Below are positions 46,102 through 58,417 of a DNA stretch of 64,000 nucleotides, one piece after another. The notes under the pieces were generated by a model. That model had not been told where the DNA came from, did not search any database, and saw nothing but the letters and a program-made list of their open reading frames with translations. The first letter of the stretch is position 1. Every line of letters begins with the position of its first letter. The position numbers and the translations under genes are program-made. This DNA comes from Gemmatimonadales bacterium (GTDB lineage: Bacteria; Gemmatimonadota; Gemmatimonadetes; Gemmatimonadales; GWC2-71-9): positions 30,243 through 94,242 of the forward strand of contig DATJXC010000029.1 in assembly GCA_035500495.1 (NCBI GenBank). Reading direction: 5' to 3'.

Positions 46102-46527
46102 ATGCCCCGCTGCGCGGTGACGCGACGGCTGCATTTCAACGCCGCTCACCGGCTCTCGAACCCGAGATTTACCGACGCGGAGAACGACCGCGTGTTCGGC
46201 GTCTGCAACAATCCGAACTATCACGGGCACAATTACAATCTGGACGTGACCGTCGAGGGGGAGATCGATCCGGCGACGGGGTATGTGATGGACATCAACG
46301 TCCTGAAGGAGCGGGTGGAGGCGGCGGTGGTGCGGCAGCTCGACCACAAGAACCTCAACCTCGACGTTCCCTGGTTCCGCGACCTCAACCCGACGGCGGA
46401 GAACATCGCGGTGGTGTGCTGGCGGATGCTCGTGCCGGCGGTGGCCCCCGCCCGCCTGAAACGGATCCGGCTCTGGGAGACGGAACGGAATTATGTCGAC
46501 TACGACGGGAGTGACGATGGGACGTGA
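46102..46527 (+). CDS. 6-pyruvoyl-tetrahydropterin synthase, BH4-type active site
   Basis: [41 protein letters not shown] and [13 protein letters not shown]. The Cys-x5-HGH spacing and overall wording match animal PTPS as I recall it, not the QueD Cx3HGH pattern. Confidence 0.8.
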   Translation: MPRCAVTRRLHFNAAHRLSNPRFTDAENDRVFGVCNNPNYHGHNYNLDVTVEGEIDPATGYVMDINVLKERVEAAVVRQLDHKNLNLDVPWFRDLNPTAENIAVVCWRMLVPAVAPARLKRIRLWETERNYVDYDGSDDGT

Positions 46528-47164
46528 TCAGATCCAATCGGCCAGCCTGCACAGCTTCCACGAGGCGCATGCCGAACCCTCCGCCCCCGCTTCGGCGGAC
46601 GGCTCCTTCGAACGACTCGTCACCCAGATTCTCCTGCAGCTCGGGGAGGATCCCCAGCGGGACGGATTGCTCGAGACCCCCGCCCGGGTCGCGGCCTCGC
46701 TCAAGTGGTTGACGCGCGGCTACCACATGTCGGTCGAGGACGTGATCGGCAACGCCGTCTTCGAAGAGAAGCACGAGAACATGATTCTGGTGCGCGACAT
46801 CGAGATCTATTCGATGTGCGAGCACCACATGCTGCCCTTCTTCGGACGAGCCCACGTGGCGTACCTGCCGGACGGCCGGATCGTCGGGCTGTCGAAGATT
46901 CCGCGAGTCGTCGAAGTTTTCGCCCGGCGGCTCCAGGTACAGGAGCGCCTGACCGATCAGGTGGCGGATGCCCTCTGCCGCGTGCTCCAGCCGCTCGGCG
47001 TCGGCGTGGTGATCGAGGCCTTCCACCTCTGCATGATGATGCGTGGCGTGGAGAAGCAGAACTCGAAGACCGTCACCTCCGCGTTGCGCGGCGCGTTCCG
47101 CGACGATGCCAAGACGCGCGACGAATTTCTCCGGCTCGTGCACGGCGGCTTGAGCCGGTCGTGA
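46493..47164 (+). CDS. folE: GTP cyclohydrolase I
   Basis: [40 protein letters not shown] and [23 protein letters not shown]. An alternative ATG at 46517 follows GGGAG. Confidence 0.9.
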   Translation: MSTTTGVTMGRDQIQSASLHSFHEAHAEPSAPASADGSFERLVTQILLQLGEDPQRDGLLETPARVAASLKWLTRGYHMSVEDVIGNAVFEEKHENMILVRDIEIYSMCEHHMLPFFGRAHVAYLPDGRIVGLSKIPRVVEVFARRLQVQERLTDQVADALCRVLQPLGVGVVIEAFHLCMMMRGVEKQNSKTVTSALRGAFRDDAKTRDEFLRLVHGGLSRS

Positions 47165-47889
47165 GCGGGGCGGCGGGCGCCGGGCCGCTCCCGCTGAGGG
47201 GGAGCATCGCGCTCGTCACGGGCGCCTCACGGGGGATCGGACTCGCGGTCTCCGATGAGCTGCGGGCGGCCGGAGCCCATGTGGTCCGACTGGCCAGGAG
47301 TCTGACCGACGGCTCAGGCGATCGTGAGACGACCTGGCGGTGCGACCTGGGACGCGCCGACGAGGTCGAGCGGGTGATCGCCAGGACGCTCGAACAGGTC
47401 GGCGTCCCCGACGTCGTCGTGAACAACGCTGGGGTGTTCTTCTCCAAGCCGTTGGCGGAAGTCAGTCCCGTCGAGTTCGCGGACCTGATCGCGGTGAACC
47501 TCACCGGTCCGTTCCTGGTGGCGCGGGCACTCGTTCCCCACCTGGTGCGCCGGGGCCACGGCCACCTCGTCACGATCGGGTCATCGAGCGATCACATTCC
47601 CTATACCGGATCCGCCGCCTACGCCGCCAGCAAGTACGGCGTGCGCGGCCTGCACGAGGTGATCGCGGCCGAAGTGGCCGCTTCAGGCGTGCGTACGACG
47701 CTCGTCTCGCCGGGCTCGGTGGACACCGATCTCTGGAACGCGATCGATCCCGACGCGAAGCCCGGATTCCGCAAGCGCAAGGACATGCTGCGGGCGGAGG
47801 ATGTGGCGGAGGCGGTTTTGTTCGCGGTGACGCGGCCGCAGCGGGTGGACGTGACGGAGATCCGGCTCATGCCGAGCGCGGGGAGCTGA
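47161..47889 (+). CDS. short-chain dehydrogenase/reductase (candidate sepiapterin-reductase-like)
   Basis: In frame within track ORF 46705..47889. GTG 47161 overlaps the folE stop (GTGA). [12 protein letters not shown] and the YAASK catalytic tetrad region. The role is inferred from context only. Confidence 0.75.
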   Translation: MSGAAGAGPLPLRGSIALVTGASRGIGLAVSDELRAAGAHVVRLARSLTDGSGDRETTWRCDLGRADEVERVIARTLEQVGVPDVVVNNAGVFFSKPLAEVSPVEFADLIAVNLTGPFLVARALVPHLVRRGHGHLVTIGSSSDHIPYTGSAAYAASKYGVRGLHEVIAAEVAASGVRTTLVSPGSVDTDLWNAIDPDAKPGFRKRKDMLRAEDVAEAVLFAVTRPQRVDVTEIRLMPSAGS

Positions 47890-47890
47890 C

Positions 47891-47928
47891 CAGTGCGAAG
47901 GGCGAAATGCGCAGTGCGAAGTGACCGT
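47891..47928 (+). repeat. solo half-copy of the GTGCGAA-heptamer element
   Basis: CAGTGCGAAGGGCGAAATGCGCAGTGCGAAGTGACCGT matches 27354-27391 at 34 of 38 positions (hand alignment, same strand). No inverted partner lies nearby. Confidence 0.8.
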
Positions 47929-47971
47929 TCTGGCGTATCTTCCTCCGTCGAAGCGGCGGAGGCCAACCCCG

Positions 47972-48592
47972 ATGCACATTGAGCTCACTGAGATGCTGCG
48001 CTGCCCGGAGCCGCACCGCGACGCGCTGCTGGTGCTCGCGACGAGCGAGATGAACGGTCGCATGGTCTGGCGCGGCGTGATCGGGTGCCCCGTCTGCGAC
48101 CGGCAGTATGAGATCATCGACGGGATCGTGGACTTCACCGAAGTCGCCGGCGTCGAGCCCGGCCAGCGGACGGTACGCCGAACCCCGGCGCCGCCGTCCC
48201 CGGCCTCTCCCGACGCGCAGACCCTGCAGGCGCTGCTCGACCTGTCCGGACCTGGCGGGTTCGTCGTGCTGGTGGGCTCCGCGGCCCGCAACGCGGTCGG
48301 CCTCGCCGCGTTGATGGGGGGGGTGCACTTCGTCGGGATCAATGCCCCAGAGGACGTCGGCGAGCTTCCCGTGCTCAGTCTGCTGCAGACCGACCACGTC
48401 ATTCCCCTGCGGGGGGCCATGGCTCGCGGCGTCGTCGTTGGTGCCGAAGTGGCGACTGAGGCGTGGATGGCGGAGGCGAGCCGGATCCTGCTGCGAGGCC
48501 GGCGTCTGGTCGTCGAGAGCGAGCGCGCCCGTCCCGCGGGCATGACCCAGCTCGCCGTGGCGGACGGCCTCTGGGTCGGAGAGAAGCGCTAG
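47972..48592 (+). CDS. Trm112-like zinc-ribbon N-terminus with an uncharacterised C-terminal domain
   Basis: MHIELTEMLRCPEPH...GCPVCDRQYEIIDGIVDF is the Trm112/UPF0434 pattern. The track start GTG 47921 lies inside the repeat element, so I prefer ATG 47972. Confidence 0.55.
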   Translation: MHIELTEMLRCPEPHRDALLVLATSEMNGRMVWRGVIGCPVCDRQYEIIDGIVDFTEVAGVEPGQRTVRRTPAPPSPASPDAQTLQALLDLSGPGGFVVLVGSAARNAVGLAALMGGVHFVGINAPEDVGELPVLSLLQTDHVIPLRGAMARGVVVGAEVATEAWMAEASRILLRGRRLVVESERARPAGMTQLAVADGLWVGEKR

Positions 48593-50416
48593 CTAGAACG
48601 CGGCGGTGGACGGGTGATGCGCCTCCGCGTCCACGTACGCTGCTTCGATCTGAGACTGGTAGCGCTTTTCCACCGCGCGCCGCTTCACCTTCAACGTCGG
48701 CGTCAACTCCCCGTTCTCGATCGTGAAGTCCTGTTCCAGGAGCACGACTTTCTTCGGGCTCTCGAAGCGCGCCAGGTCGCGCAGCATTCCCATGACTTCC
48801 ATTTCCATCTTCGCCTTCACGTCGGGCAGCGCGAGCAGCTCGGCGCGCGTCGTGTACGGCAGGCGCCGCTCCCGCGCCCAGGGCTCCAGCTGCTCGTAGT
48901 TGGGGACGATCAGGAGAATGGGGAACTTGCGCTGATCGCCGAGCAGCACGGCGTTGCCCACGAACTTGTTGAGCTTGACCTTGTTCTCGATCGGCTGTGG
49001 GGCGACGTACTTCCCGCCGGCGGTCTTGATCAGGTCCTTCTTGCGATCGGTGATCCGGAGGAAGCCGTCCGCGTCGAGCTCCCCGATGTCACCGGTGTGG
49101 AACCAACCCTCGGCGTCGATCGACTCGCGCGTGGCGTCGGGTTTGCCGTAATAGCCCTGCATGACGTTGGGGCCCTTGGCGAGGATCTCGCCGTCCGCAG
49201 CGATCTTGAGTTGCACGCCTGGAACCACCGTCCCCACGGACCCGAGTTTGGGCCGGTCGAACGGATTGAGCGTCAAGACCGGCGAGGTTTCGGTGAGTCC
49301 GTAGCCCTCGATCACCGGCAGGCCGGCCGCGAAAAAGAACTTGGCGATCTCCGCCGACATCGGCGCGCTGCCGGTCACGAAGAACTTGATCCGGCCCCCC
49401 GTGCGCGCGCGCAGCTTGGAAAACACGAGCTTGTCGGCCACCACCCGCTGCAGCCGCAGCCCGGCGGGGACGGGGAGGCCGGCCAGCTGGTAGGTCGCCG
49501 CCGCTTCGCCGACCCGCTTCGCCCAGAAGAAGATCCGGCGCTTCAGGGGGCTGCCGGACAGCGCGCTCTCCAAGACCCGCGCGTACACCTTCTCGAGAAT
49601 GCGGGGCACGGCGACGGCGATCGTCGGCCGAACCTCCTGCAAATTGGGCCCGATCTTGTCGATCGACTCCGCGTAGCTGATGACCACACCGGCCGCGAAC
49701 AGGGTGTAATCGACCATCCGCTCGAAAATGTGCGACAGCGGCAGCATCGCGAGCGCTTCGTCGCCCTCGACCAGCGGGAAGACCTCGGTCGCCGACGCGA
49801 CGTTGGAGCAGAGATTCCGGTGCGTCAGAATCACACCCTTGGGCTCGCCGGTCGTCCCGGAGGTGTAGATCAGCGTCGCCATCGCCTCCGGGGCCACGGC
49901 GAGGGCTTCTTCCCGCCACCGCGGGTACTTCGCCGCGGCCGCCGCCCCGCGGGCCTCGAGCTCGGCCAGGGTGGAGACGCCGTCCCGTCGGCCGCCGGGC
50001 TCGAACACGATCACGTGCTGCAGCGCGGGCAGCTGGGCCCGAACCTCGAACACCTTCGCCACTTGCTCGGGCGTAGAGCAGAACACCACGCACGCTCCCG
50101 AGTCCCGCAGGATGTATTCGGTTTGCTGGGCGGTGAGCGTGGGGTAGATCGGCACGTCCGCCGCCTGCGCGCACAGGCAGGCGTAGTCGGTGAGCGCCCA
50201 TTCCGTGCGGGTCTCGGAGAGCAACGCGACGCGATCCCCAGGCCGCACTCCCAGGTCCCGGAGGCCGAGCGTGATCGCCTGCACGCGGCGCTCGATGTCG
50301 TGGTGGCTGATCCCCTGCCAGGTGCCGTTCGCCTTGGTCCGGCAGGCCGCCGGATGGGCGTCACCGAACCGCTTGATGCTGTCGAAAAAGAGATGGGTGA
50401 GGGTGGGGCTGTTCAC
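48593..50416 (-). CDS. long-chain fatty acid-CoA ligase (AMP-forming)
   Basis: 607 aa with a GTG start. LIYTSGTTGEPKGVILTHRNL (AMP-binding box), GYGLTETS, TGDIGELDADGFLRITDRKKDLIKTAGGKYV. Confidence 0.9.
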   Translation of the reverse strand: MNSPTLTHLFFDSIKRFGDAHPAACRTKANGTWQGISHHDIERRVQAITLGLRDLGVRPGDRVALLSETRTEWALTDYACLCAQAADVPIYPTLTAQQTEYILRDSGACVVFCSTPEQVAKVFEVRAQLPALQHVIVFEPGGRRDGVSTLAELEARGAAAAAKYPRWREEALAVAPEAMATLIYTSGTTGEPKGVILTHRNLCSNVASATEVFPLVEGDEALAMLPLSHIFERMVDYTLFAAGVVISYAESIDKIGPNLQEVRPTIAVAVPRILEKVYARVLESALSGSPLKRRIFFWAKRVGEAAATYQLAGLPVPAGLRLQRVVADKLVFSKLRARTGGRIKFFVTGSAPMSAEIAKFFFAAGLPVIEGYGLTETSPVLTLNPFDRPKLGSVGTVVPGVQLKIAADGEILAKGPNVMQGYYGKPDATRESIDAEGWFHTGDIGELDADGFLRITDRKKDLIKTAGGKYVAPQPIENKVKLNKFVGNAVLLGDQRKFPILLIVPNYEQLEPWARERRLPYTTRAELLALPDVKAKMEMEVMGMLRDLARFESPKKVVLLEQDFTIENGELTPTLKVKRRAVEKRYQSQIEAAYVDAEAHHPSTAAF

Positions 50417-51141
50417 GGCACGTAGACCACGACGAAACGGACGGAGTCCGGCGCGACCAACGATCCGTCGACATGATACGACCGGGCCAGCACGACCACG
50501 GAATCGGGCACGGAGCCTCCCTCGAAGCGCACCTGGAACACGGCGAGCCCGGAGCCGTCGGTTCGCAGGGTGTCCTTGGGTAGTAATGTGAACGTGCCGA
50601 CCCCGGCGGGGAAGGTGGAGTCGCTGAGAATGATCCGTCGTGCGCTGAGACTGCGCGGACCCACGGCCGCGAACGCGCGCACGGTGAAGGAATCCGAAAG
50701 ACTGTCTGAAGCCGACGCGCTGATCGTATCGACCTGGCTTCCCAGGGCGCCGAGCGAGTCCAATGGCGGCAGGATCGTGAGCGTGACGGGAGACGAGATG
50801 AGATTACCGACCCGGGCCTGAATCCGGCCGGTGGTGCCGCCGATCAGGCCGACGGTCTTTCCGGTGGCGCTGTCCACGACCTTGACGGTGGTGTCGATGC
50901 GCTGCCAGAAGGCGGTGGCGGTGACGGTGTCGCCGCCGGCACTCAGGGCTTTGGCGCTCGCTTGAATCGTATCGCACACTATGGGTTGGATCGTATCGCA
51001 CGCCTCGACCAGGCCGCTGTCGGGAACGGAGGTCACGAGCGCCACGATGGCGCCGGTGTCGACGGTGACCGACTTGCACGCCGCAACGGCCGCGCAGCCC
51101 AGCGCCGCGAGGCGGGCGCCGCACCGAAGTGACGGAATCAG
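50413..51141 (-). CDS. predicted lipoprotein with Ig-like/beta-rich body; start codon unresolved
   Basis: ARLAALGCAAVAACKS is a signal peptide plus lipobox. The track start ATG 51231 lies inside the upstream TPR gene. No ATG, GTG or TTG occurs between the TPR stop and the signal peptide, so I provisionally place the start at CTG 51141. Confidence 0.5.
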   Translation of the reverse strand: MIPSLRCGARLAALGCAAVAACKSVTVDTGAIVALVTSVPDSGLVEACDTIQPIVCDTIQASAKALSAGGDTVTATAFWQRIDTTVKVVDSATGKTVGLIGGTTGRIQARVGNLISSPVTLTILPPLDSLGALGSQVDTISASASDSLSDSFTVRAFAAVGPRSLSARRIILSDSTFPAGVGTFTLLPKDTLRTDGSGLAVFQVRFEGGSVPDSVVVLARSYHVDGSLVAPDSVRFVVVYVP

Positions 51142-51608
51142 GGGGCTTCGGCGGATAGCGGGGGAGAGGGTTCGGCCGCCGGCGGCGCCGCCCCCAGGTC
51201 TTGCAATGCGCGGGTCGCGTGCTCGACCCACTTCTGAGCGTCCGGTCCCTTGGGGGGTTGGCCCAGAAACAGCTTGAGATGCTGGGCGGCGCCGTCGGGG
51301 TCGCCGCGCTTCAACAGCAAGAAGGCGAGGCCGTAGTGCGCGCCGGCGAGCGTCGTGTCGAGCTCGAGCGCCCGCCGATAGTGGCGGATCGCCTCATCCA
51401 GACGTCCGGTCTTGGTGAAGGCGATCGCCATGTTCTGGAGAATGCGCGCATCGTTGGGGTGATCGCGCAGGGCGAGCCGATACGAGGTCAGGGCGGCGTC
51501 GTAGTCACCCTGGCGCTCGAGGGCGAGCGCCTCGTTCAGGTAGTCGAGGCGCTGCGGGCCCAGCTCGCCGGATGACGAGCCGCCGAACAGGCGGCGCCAG
51601 AAACGCAT
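51138..51608 (-). CDS. TPR repeat protein
   Basis: Only the last 156 aa of track ORF 51138..52397 look real (start MRFWRRLFGG at 51608). Repeats include EALALERQGDYDAALTSYRLALRDHPN and AIAFTKTGRLDEAIRHYRRALELD. Confidence 0.7.
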   Translation of the reverse strand: MRFWRRLFGGSSSGELGPQRLDYLNEALALERQGDYDAALTSYRLALRDHPNDARILQNMAIAFTKTGRLDEAIRHYRRALELDTTLAGAHYGLAFLLLKRGDPDGAAQHLKLFLGQPPKGPDAQKWVEHATRALQDLGAAPPAAEPSPPLSAEAP

Positions 51609-51659
51609 GCGCCGAAAATAGCTTGCGGCCCGTCGCGTTCGCAATGTAGCTTCTGCCCG

Positions 51660-52214
51660 ATGCCGCCCTCCCCGCAGTTCCCCGTTCCGCGAAAAACTCG
51701 GAACCCAGGCCGCCAGTCGCCGAGCGGCGTGCTCCAGGTCGACTGGCCGTTCTTCGGTGAGCTGTGCCGGGCGCTCGCGCTCAAGATCTTCCGCGAGTAC
51801 GATCCCGATGTGGTCATCGGGATCGCCAAGGCCGGGGTCATTCCCGGGGCGGTGGTGGCATCCATTCTGCAACGCGACTTCGCGTCGATACAGATCACGC
51901 GCACCGAGGGCGGAGCCCGGCCCGTGGTCATTGCGGGACCGCCGCGGCTCCTGTCCGGGAAACGGGTGCTGATCGTCGATGAAACCTGCGACTCGGGCGA
52001 CACGATGAAGCTCGCCCTCGCCGCGGTCCGCGAGCTCAAGCCCGCGGCGGTGAAGACCGCCGTATCGTTCCGCACCGGTCCCTACGCGACCGATTTTTAC
52101 GCGCTCGAGACCGACAGCTTCATCATCCTTCCCTGGGATCGCGAGATCATCGTGGACGGCGAGATCGTCGTGCGACCGGACTACGCCGAGAAGCTCCGGG
52201 ATGCCGGGCTTTGA
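51660..52214 (+). CDS. type I phosphoribosyltransferase
   Basis: VVIGIAKAGVIPGAVVA and the PRPP-binding motif RVLIVDETCDSGDTM. Confidence 0.75.
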   Translation: MPPSPQFPVPRKTRNPGRQSPSGVLQVDWPFFGELCRALALKIFREYDPDVVIGIAKAGVIPGAVVASILQRDFASIQITRTEGGARPVVIAGPPRLLSGKRVLIVDETCDSGDTMKLALAAVRELKPAAVKTAVSFRTGPYATDFYALETDSFIILPWDREIIVDGEIVVRPDYAEKLRDAGL

Positions 52215-53587
52215 AGGATCGGCTGCTCGCGGCGCTCCGAACCTCTCGCGCCGACTACACTGAAATCCGCGTCGAGCACACCTGGAGCTCCGCCGTAACC
52301 TTCCGCGGGGCGCGCCTCGAGTCCGCCACCGTTTCCGAGGATCGCGGCGGGTTTGTGCGGGCCTTGAACCGCGGCTGCGGCTGGGGCATCGCGTCATTCA
52401 ACTCGGTCGATGCGCTGCCAGCCATGGTGGCTCGCGCCAACGAGCTGTCCCGCGCCGTCCGCCTCGACGCCCCGATCCGCCTGGCCGAAGTCGCCCCGTC
52501 CCAGGCCGAGCAGCTCCTCGACCTGGACGGCGACGTGCGCGGGGTCTCTCTCGCGGACAAGCGGCGCCTGCTCGAGGGCTACAACGGCGAGATGCTCGGG
52601 GTCCCCGGGGTCGTGGATACGTTGGCGAGCTACCACGACGAGGTCACCGAGTACTGGTACGCCAACACGGACGGCACCTTGCTCCACGAGCGCCGGCCGG
52701 AGATCGTCCTCTCCGGGACGGCCATCGCTCGGCGCAACGGCACGATCGAAAAAGGCCTGGAGTCGGTCGGGCTGCGACGGGGCTGGGCCTCGGCCCAACA
52801 TCACGCCGCCGGGTTCCGCGAGGCGGGACGCCGTGCCGCCGCGCTGCTCGCCGCCCCCACCGTCAAAGGGGGGACCTACCCTGTGGTGCTCGATCCCGAG
52901 CTGGCCGGCGTGTTCGTTCACGAAGCCTTCGGTCACCTGTCCGAAGCGGACTTCGTGTACGAGAATCCGCAGGCGCGGGAAATGATGACGCTGGGCCGGC
53001 GTTTCGGGCGACCGGTCCTGAACGTGGGCGACCATGGTGCCGCGGTGGGGCTCCGCGGCACGCTCGGCTTCGATGACGAAGGGACCCCCACGCAGGACAC
53101 CCCGCTGATTCGCGAAGGCATCCTCGTCGGCCGCCTGCACTCCCGGGAGACCGCGGCGACCATGGGCGAACGGCCGACCGGAAACGCCCGCGCCCTGTCG
53201 TTCCGTCACCCGCCGATCGTCCGGATGACCAACACGTACATCGGGAACGGGAGCGGCACCTTCCAGGACCTGATCACCGACATCAAACTGGGTGTCTATG
53301 CCTGCTCGGCATTCGGCGGGCAGACGCTGCTCGAGAACTTCTCCTTCACGGCGGCGTACGGGCACATGATCCGGGACGGCCAAAAGGCCGAGCTCGTGAA
53401 GGACGTGGTGCTGGCCGGCAACCTGTTCCAGACCCTCGACCGCATCGAGCGGATCGCGGGCGACTTCCAGTGGAACCAGATGGGCGGAGGCTGCGGCAAG
53501 GGCGGCCAGTCGCCGCTGCCCGTCACCGAGGGAGCGCCGCACGTGCGGATCGAAGGGGCGCTCGTCGGGGGCGATGTGCCCGCGTGA
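52211..53587 (+). CDS. tldD: TldD-family metalloprotease
   Basis: 458 aa. The TTG start overlaps the upstream stop (TTGA). HEAFGHLSEADF is the HExxxH-type site, with GTPT and a glycine-rich C-terminus. Confidence 0.8.
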   Translation: MKDRLLAALRTSRADYTEIRVEHTWSSAVTFRGARLESATVSEDRGGFVRALNRGCGWGIASFNSVDALPAMVARANELSRAVRLDAPIRLAEVAPSQAEQLLDLDGDVRGVSLADKRRLLEGYNGEMLGVPGVVDTLASYHDEVTEYWYANTDGTLLHERRPEIVLSGTAIARRNGTIEKGLESVGLRRGWASAQHHAAGFREAGRRAAALLAAPTVKGGTYPVVLDPELAGVFVHEAFGHLSEADFVYENPQAREMMTLGRRFGRPVLNVGDHGAAVGLRGTLGFDDEGTPTQDTPLIREGILVGRLHSRETAATMGERPTGNARALSFRHPPIVRMTNTYIGNGSGTFQDLITDIKLGVYACSAFGGQTLLENFSFTAAYGHMIRDGQKAELVKDVVLAGNLFQTLDRIERIAGDFQWNQMGGGCGKGGQSPLPVTEGAPHVRIEGALVGGDVPA

Positions 53588-54900
53588 TCGCTCAGGTCCT
53601 GGAGGCCGTCCGCGGCCAGGCGGAAGCGGCGGACGCGATGTGGCAGCGGGGCGAGCGGACCAGCATCGCCTTCGAAGCCGGGCGACTGAAAACCTGCGGC
53701 AGCGCCGAAGAGGCCGGGGTGAATCTGCGCGTCGTCCGGGACGGCCGCGTGGGGATCGCCGGCACGACCACCACGGACGTCGCCGACCTGGTGCGACGCG
53801 CCCTGGCGTCGGCGCAACTTGGGGAGCCGGTCGCCCTCGCCCTCCCGGCGCGCGCGAGTTACCCCGCCATCGAGACCACCGCCCGAGCCGTCGCCGACGC
53901 CTCGCTCGACCAGCTGATCACGTTGGGACGGAGCCTCGTCGACCGCGTGGCGCGGGACGGCTGCCAGGTCAATGTCTCGATCGAGCGCAGCGTCGCGGAA
54001 ACCAGCGTCGGCAATTCATCGGGCGTGGAGGGTCGTTACGACTCGACGGGCATCGCCATCGGCGTGGACTTGATGCGGGTGGCGGGCAACGACGTGCTGA
54101 TGGTCTACGACTATTACGTCGGGGTCGACTGGCCGAGCACCGCTGCCCTCGACAGTCTGGTCCACTCGATCGCCACCCGGCTCGACCACGCCCTTCGAGT
54201 GGTGGAGCCGCCGGAAGGCGCGCTCCCGGTCGTGTTCACTCCGGCCGGCCTTTCGCCGATCCTGCTTCCGCTCGAGCAGGGGCTCTCGGGGAAGGCGGTG
54301 CTGCAGGGCGTGTCCCCACTCGCCGGAAAACTGGGGGATCGGGCATTCGACGAGCGGTTCACCCTGATCGACGATCCCCTCGCGCCGGGCCGTACGTCCT
54401 CCCGACCGTTCGACGATGAAGGCGTTCCTTCGGTGGTGACTCCCCTCATCGAGCGCGGGGTGGTCCAGCGGTTCGTCTACGATCTCGAAACCGCCGCGCG
54501 CGCGGAGCAGGCGAGCACCGGCAATGGGAGCCGGGGCATTTTCGCCAAGCCGAAGATCGCGTACTCGAACCTCGTGGTCGGCAAGCGCGACTCGAGCGCG
54601 GCCGGGACGGCGTCGCTCGGCGGCGGGCTCATCGAGGCGCTCCAGGACGGTCTCGTGATCGACGACCTCATCGGGGTGGGGCAGGGCAACGTGATCGGGG
54701 GAGCGTTCAGTCACCCGGTCGCGCTCGCCTATCGCGTGCAGGGCGGGGAGATCACGGGGCGGGTCAAGGACGCGGCGGTGGCCGGGAATGTGTACGAGCT
54801 GCTGAAGCGGATCGGAGGATTCGGGACGGACGGCCGCTGGCTGGGGGCGCGCTGGACGCCGTCGCTCCTGCTCGAGGGGGTGTCGGTGGCCCGGCGCTAG
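53584..54900 (+). CDS. pmbA: PmbA/TldE-family protein
   Basis: In frame within track ORF 53470..54900. GTG 53584 overlaps the tldD stop (GTGA). Homologous wording to the preceding gene but without the HExxxH site, as expected for a TldD/PmbA pair. Confidence 0.75.
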   Translation: MIAQVLEAVRGQAEAADAMWQRGERTSIAFEAGRLKTCGSAEEAGVNLRVVRDGRVGIAGTTTTDVADLVRRALASAQLGEPVALALPARASYPAIETTARAVADASLDQLITLGRSLVDRVARDGCQVNVSIERSVAETSVGNSSGVEGRYDSTGIAIGVDLMRVAGNDVLMVYDYYVGVDWPSTAALDSLVHSIATRLDHALRVVEPPEGALPVVFTPAGLSPILLPLEQGLSGKAVLQGVSPLAGKLGDRAFDERFTLIDDPLAPGRTSSRPFDDEGVPSVVTPLIERGVVQRFVYDLETAARAEQASTGNGSRGIFAKPKIAYSNLVVGKRDSSAAGTASLGGGLIEALQDGLVIDDLIGVGQGNVIGGAFSHPVALAYRVQGGEITGRVKDAAVAGNVYELLKRIGGFGTDGRWLGARWTPSLLLEGVSVARR

Positions 54901-55427
54901 GTGCCGGCCAGCGCATCCTCGTAGGTTCTGCCTTGCGTCATCGCTTCGTAGACCTGCTGCAGCGTTTCCTGCGACGCCGAGAGAAACCGGCACTGCGCAT
55001 CGCCCTTGCTGCGGCATTCCACTTCCATGACGGCCACCGGTTCGGTGGAGACCCGCCCCAGGAAATCCGCCAGCATCCCGGAGGAAAAGAAGCACATCGG
55101 CATCCCGGCCGTTCCCGGCTCGGCCTCCGCCCAGTCCGCCGAGTCGAGCGCGAGCGCCGCGCCGCCGAGCGGCCTCACCGTCACACTCCCCCAGCCGCTC
55201 GACTGCAGAAACGCCGACAGGGCGCCGGGAAAGTGCGCGGCATCGAGATCCCCGGGCACGCCCACGCCCGTGTGGCTCGGTAGCCAGGCGCAGAAGCTCT
55301 CGTAGATCCCCTGCCCGGAGGCGTACCCGGCTTCCTGCAGGACGGCAATAGCCTGATCGGGGGTGTGTTGCAGCAGGCTTTGGTGAAGCTGGCGGAGGCC
55401 GCCGCGGCCTACACTGAGAACGGTCAT
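54897..55427 (-). CDS. V4R (4-vinyl reductase-like) small-molecule-binding domain protein
   Basis: I take the start MTVLSVGRGG at 55427; the track ORF is over-extended into ligA. GMPMCFFSSGMLADFLGRVS...VMEVECRSKGDAQCRFL is the V4R Cys pattern. Confidence 0.7.
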   Translation of the reverse strand: MTVLSVGRGGLRQLHQSLLQHTPDQAIAVLQEAGYASGQGIYESFCAWLPSHTGVGVPGDLDAAHFPGALSAFLQSSGWGSVTVRPLGGAALALDSADWAEAEPGTAGMPMCFFSSGMLADFLGRVSTEPVAVMEVECRSKGDAQCRFLSASQETLQQVYEAMTQGRTYEDALAGT

Positions 55428-55440
55428 GGCGAGCGCCAAC

Positions 55441-58271
<2,831 letters not shown>

Positions 58272-58279
58272 GCGGGAAC

Positions 58280-58309
58280 AATATTCGCCTCGCGGCGCGC
58301 GCTGCACAA
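58280..58309 (-). promoter_or_regulatory. candidate promoter giving a (near-)leaderless GAF-ligA transcript
   Basis: On the minus strand: TTGTGC (58309-58304), 18-nt spacer, AATATT (58285-58280), with only 8 nt before ATG 58271. Pattern match only. Confidence 0.3.
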
Positions 58310-58417
58310 TGCTGTTGCCGCGCTTGTTGGGGCGCGGTAGCTTCGACCGAGCGGGAGTCTGGTTGCGAATCGAGGACGACGGCCTCGTGACGGCGAGCGG
58401 GGTGAGCGCGCGGCGCA

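Noticed and set aside
47921-47971. GTG 47921 as the start of the Trm112-like gene
   Set aside because: That GTG is part of the conserved GCGAAGTGACCGT end of the repeat element. The Trm112-type motif begins right after ATG 47972.
48614-50425. 603-aa plus-strand ORF opposite the acyl-CoA ligase, and likewise 61805..63079 opposite gyrB and DUF721
   Set aside because: The reasoning is the same. The opposite strand encodes canonical AMP-binding and GyrB motifs, and these frames are compositionally aberrant.
51609-52397. Upstream 263 aa of track ORF 51138..52397
   Set aside because: This region is antisense to the phosphoribosyltransferase and tldD genes. Only the C-terminal 156 aa (TPR repeats, start at 51608) look like real protein.
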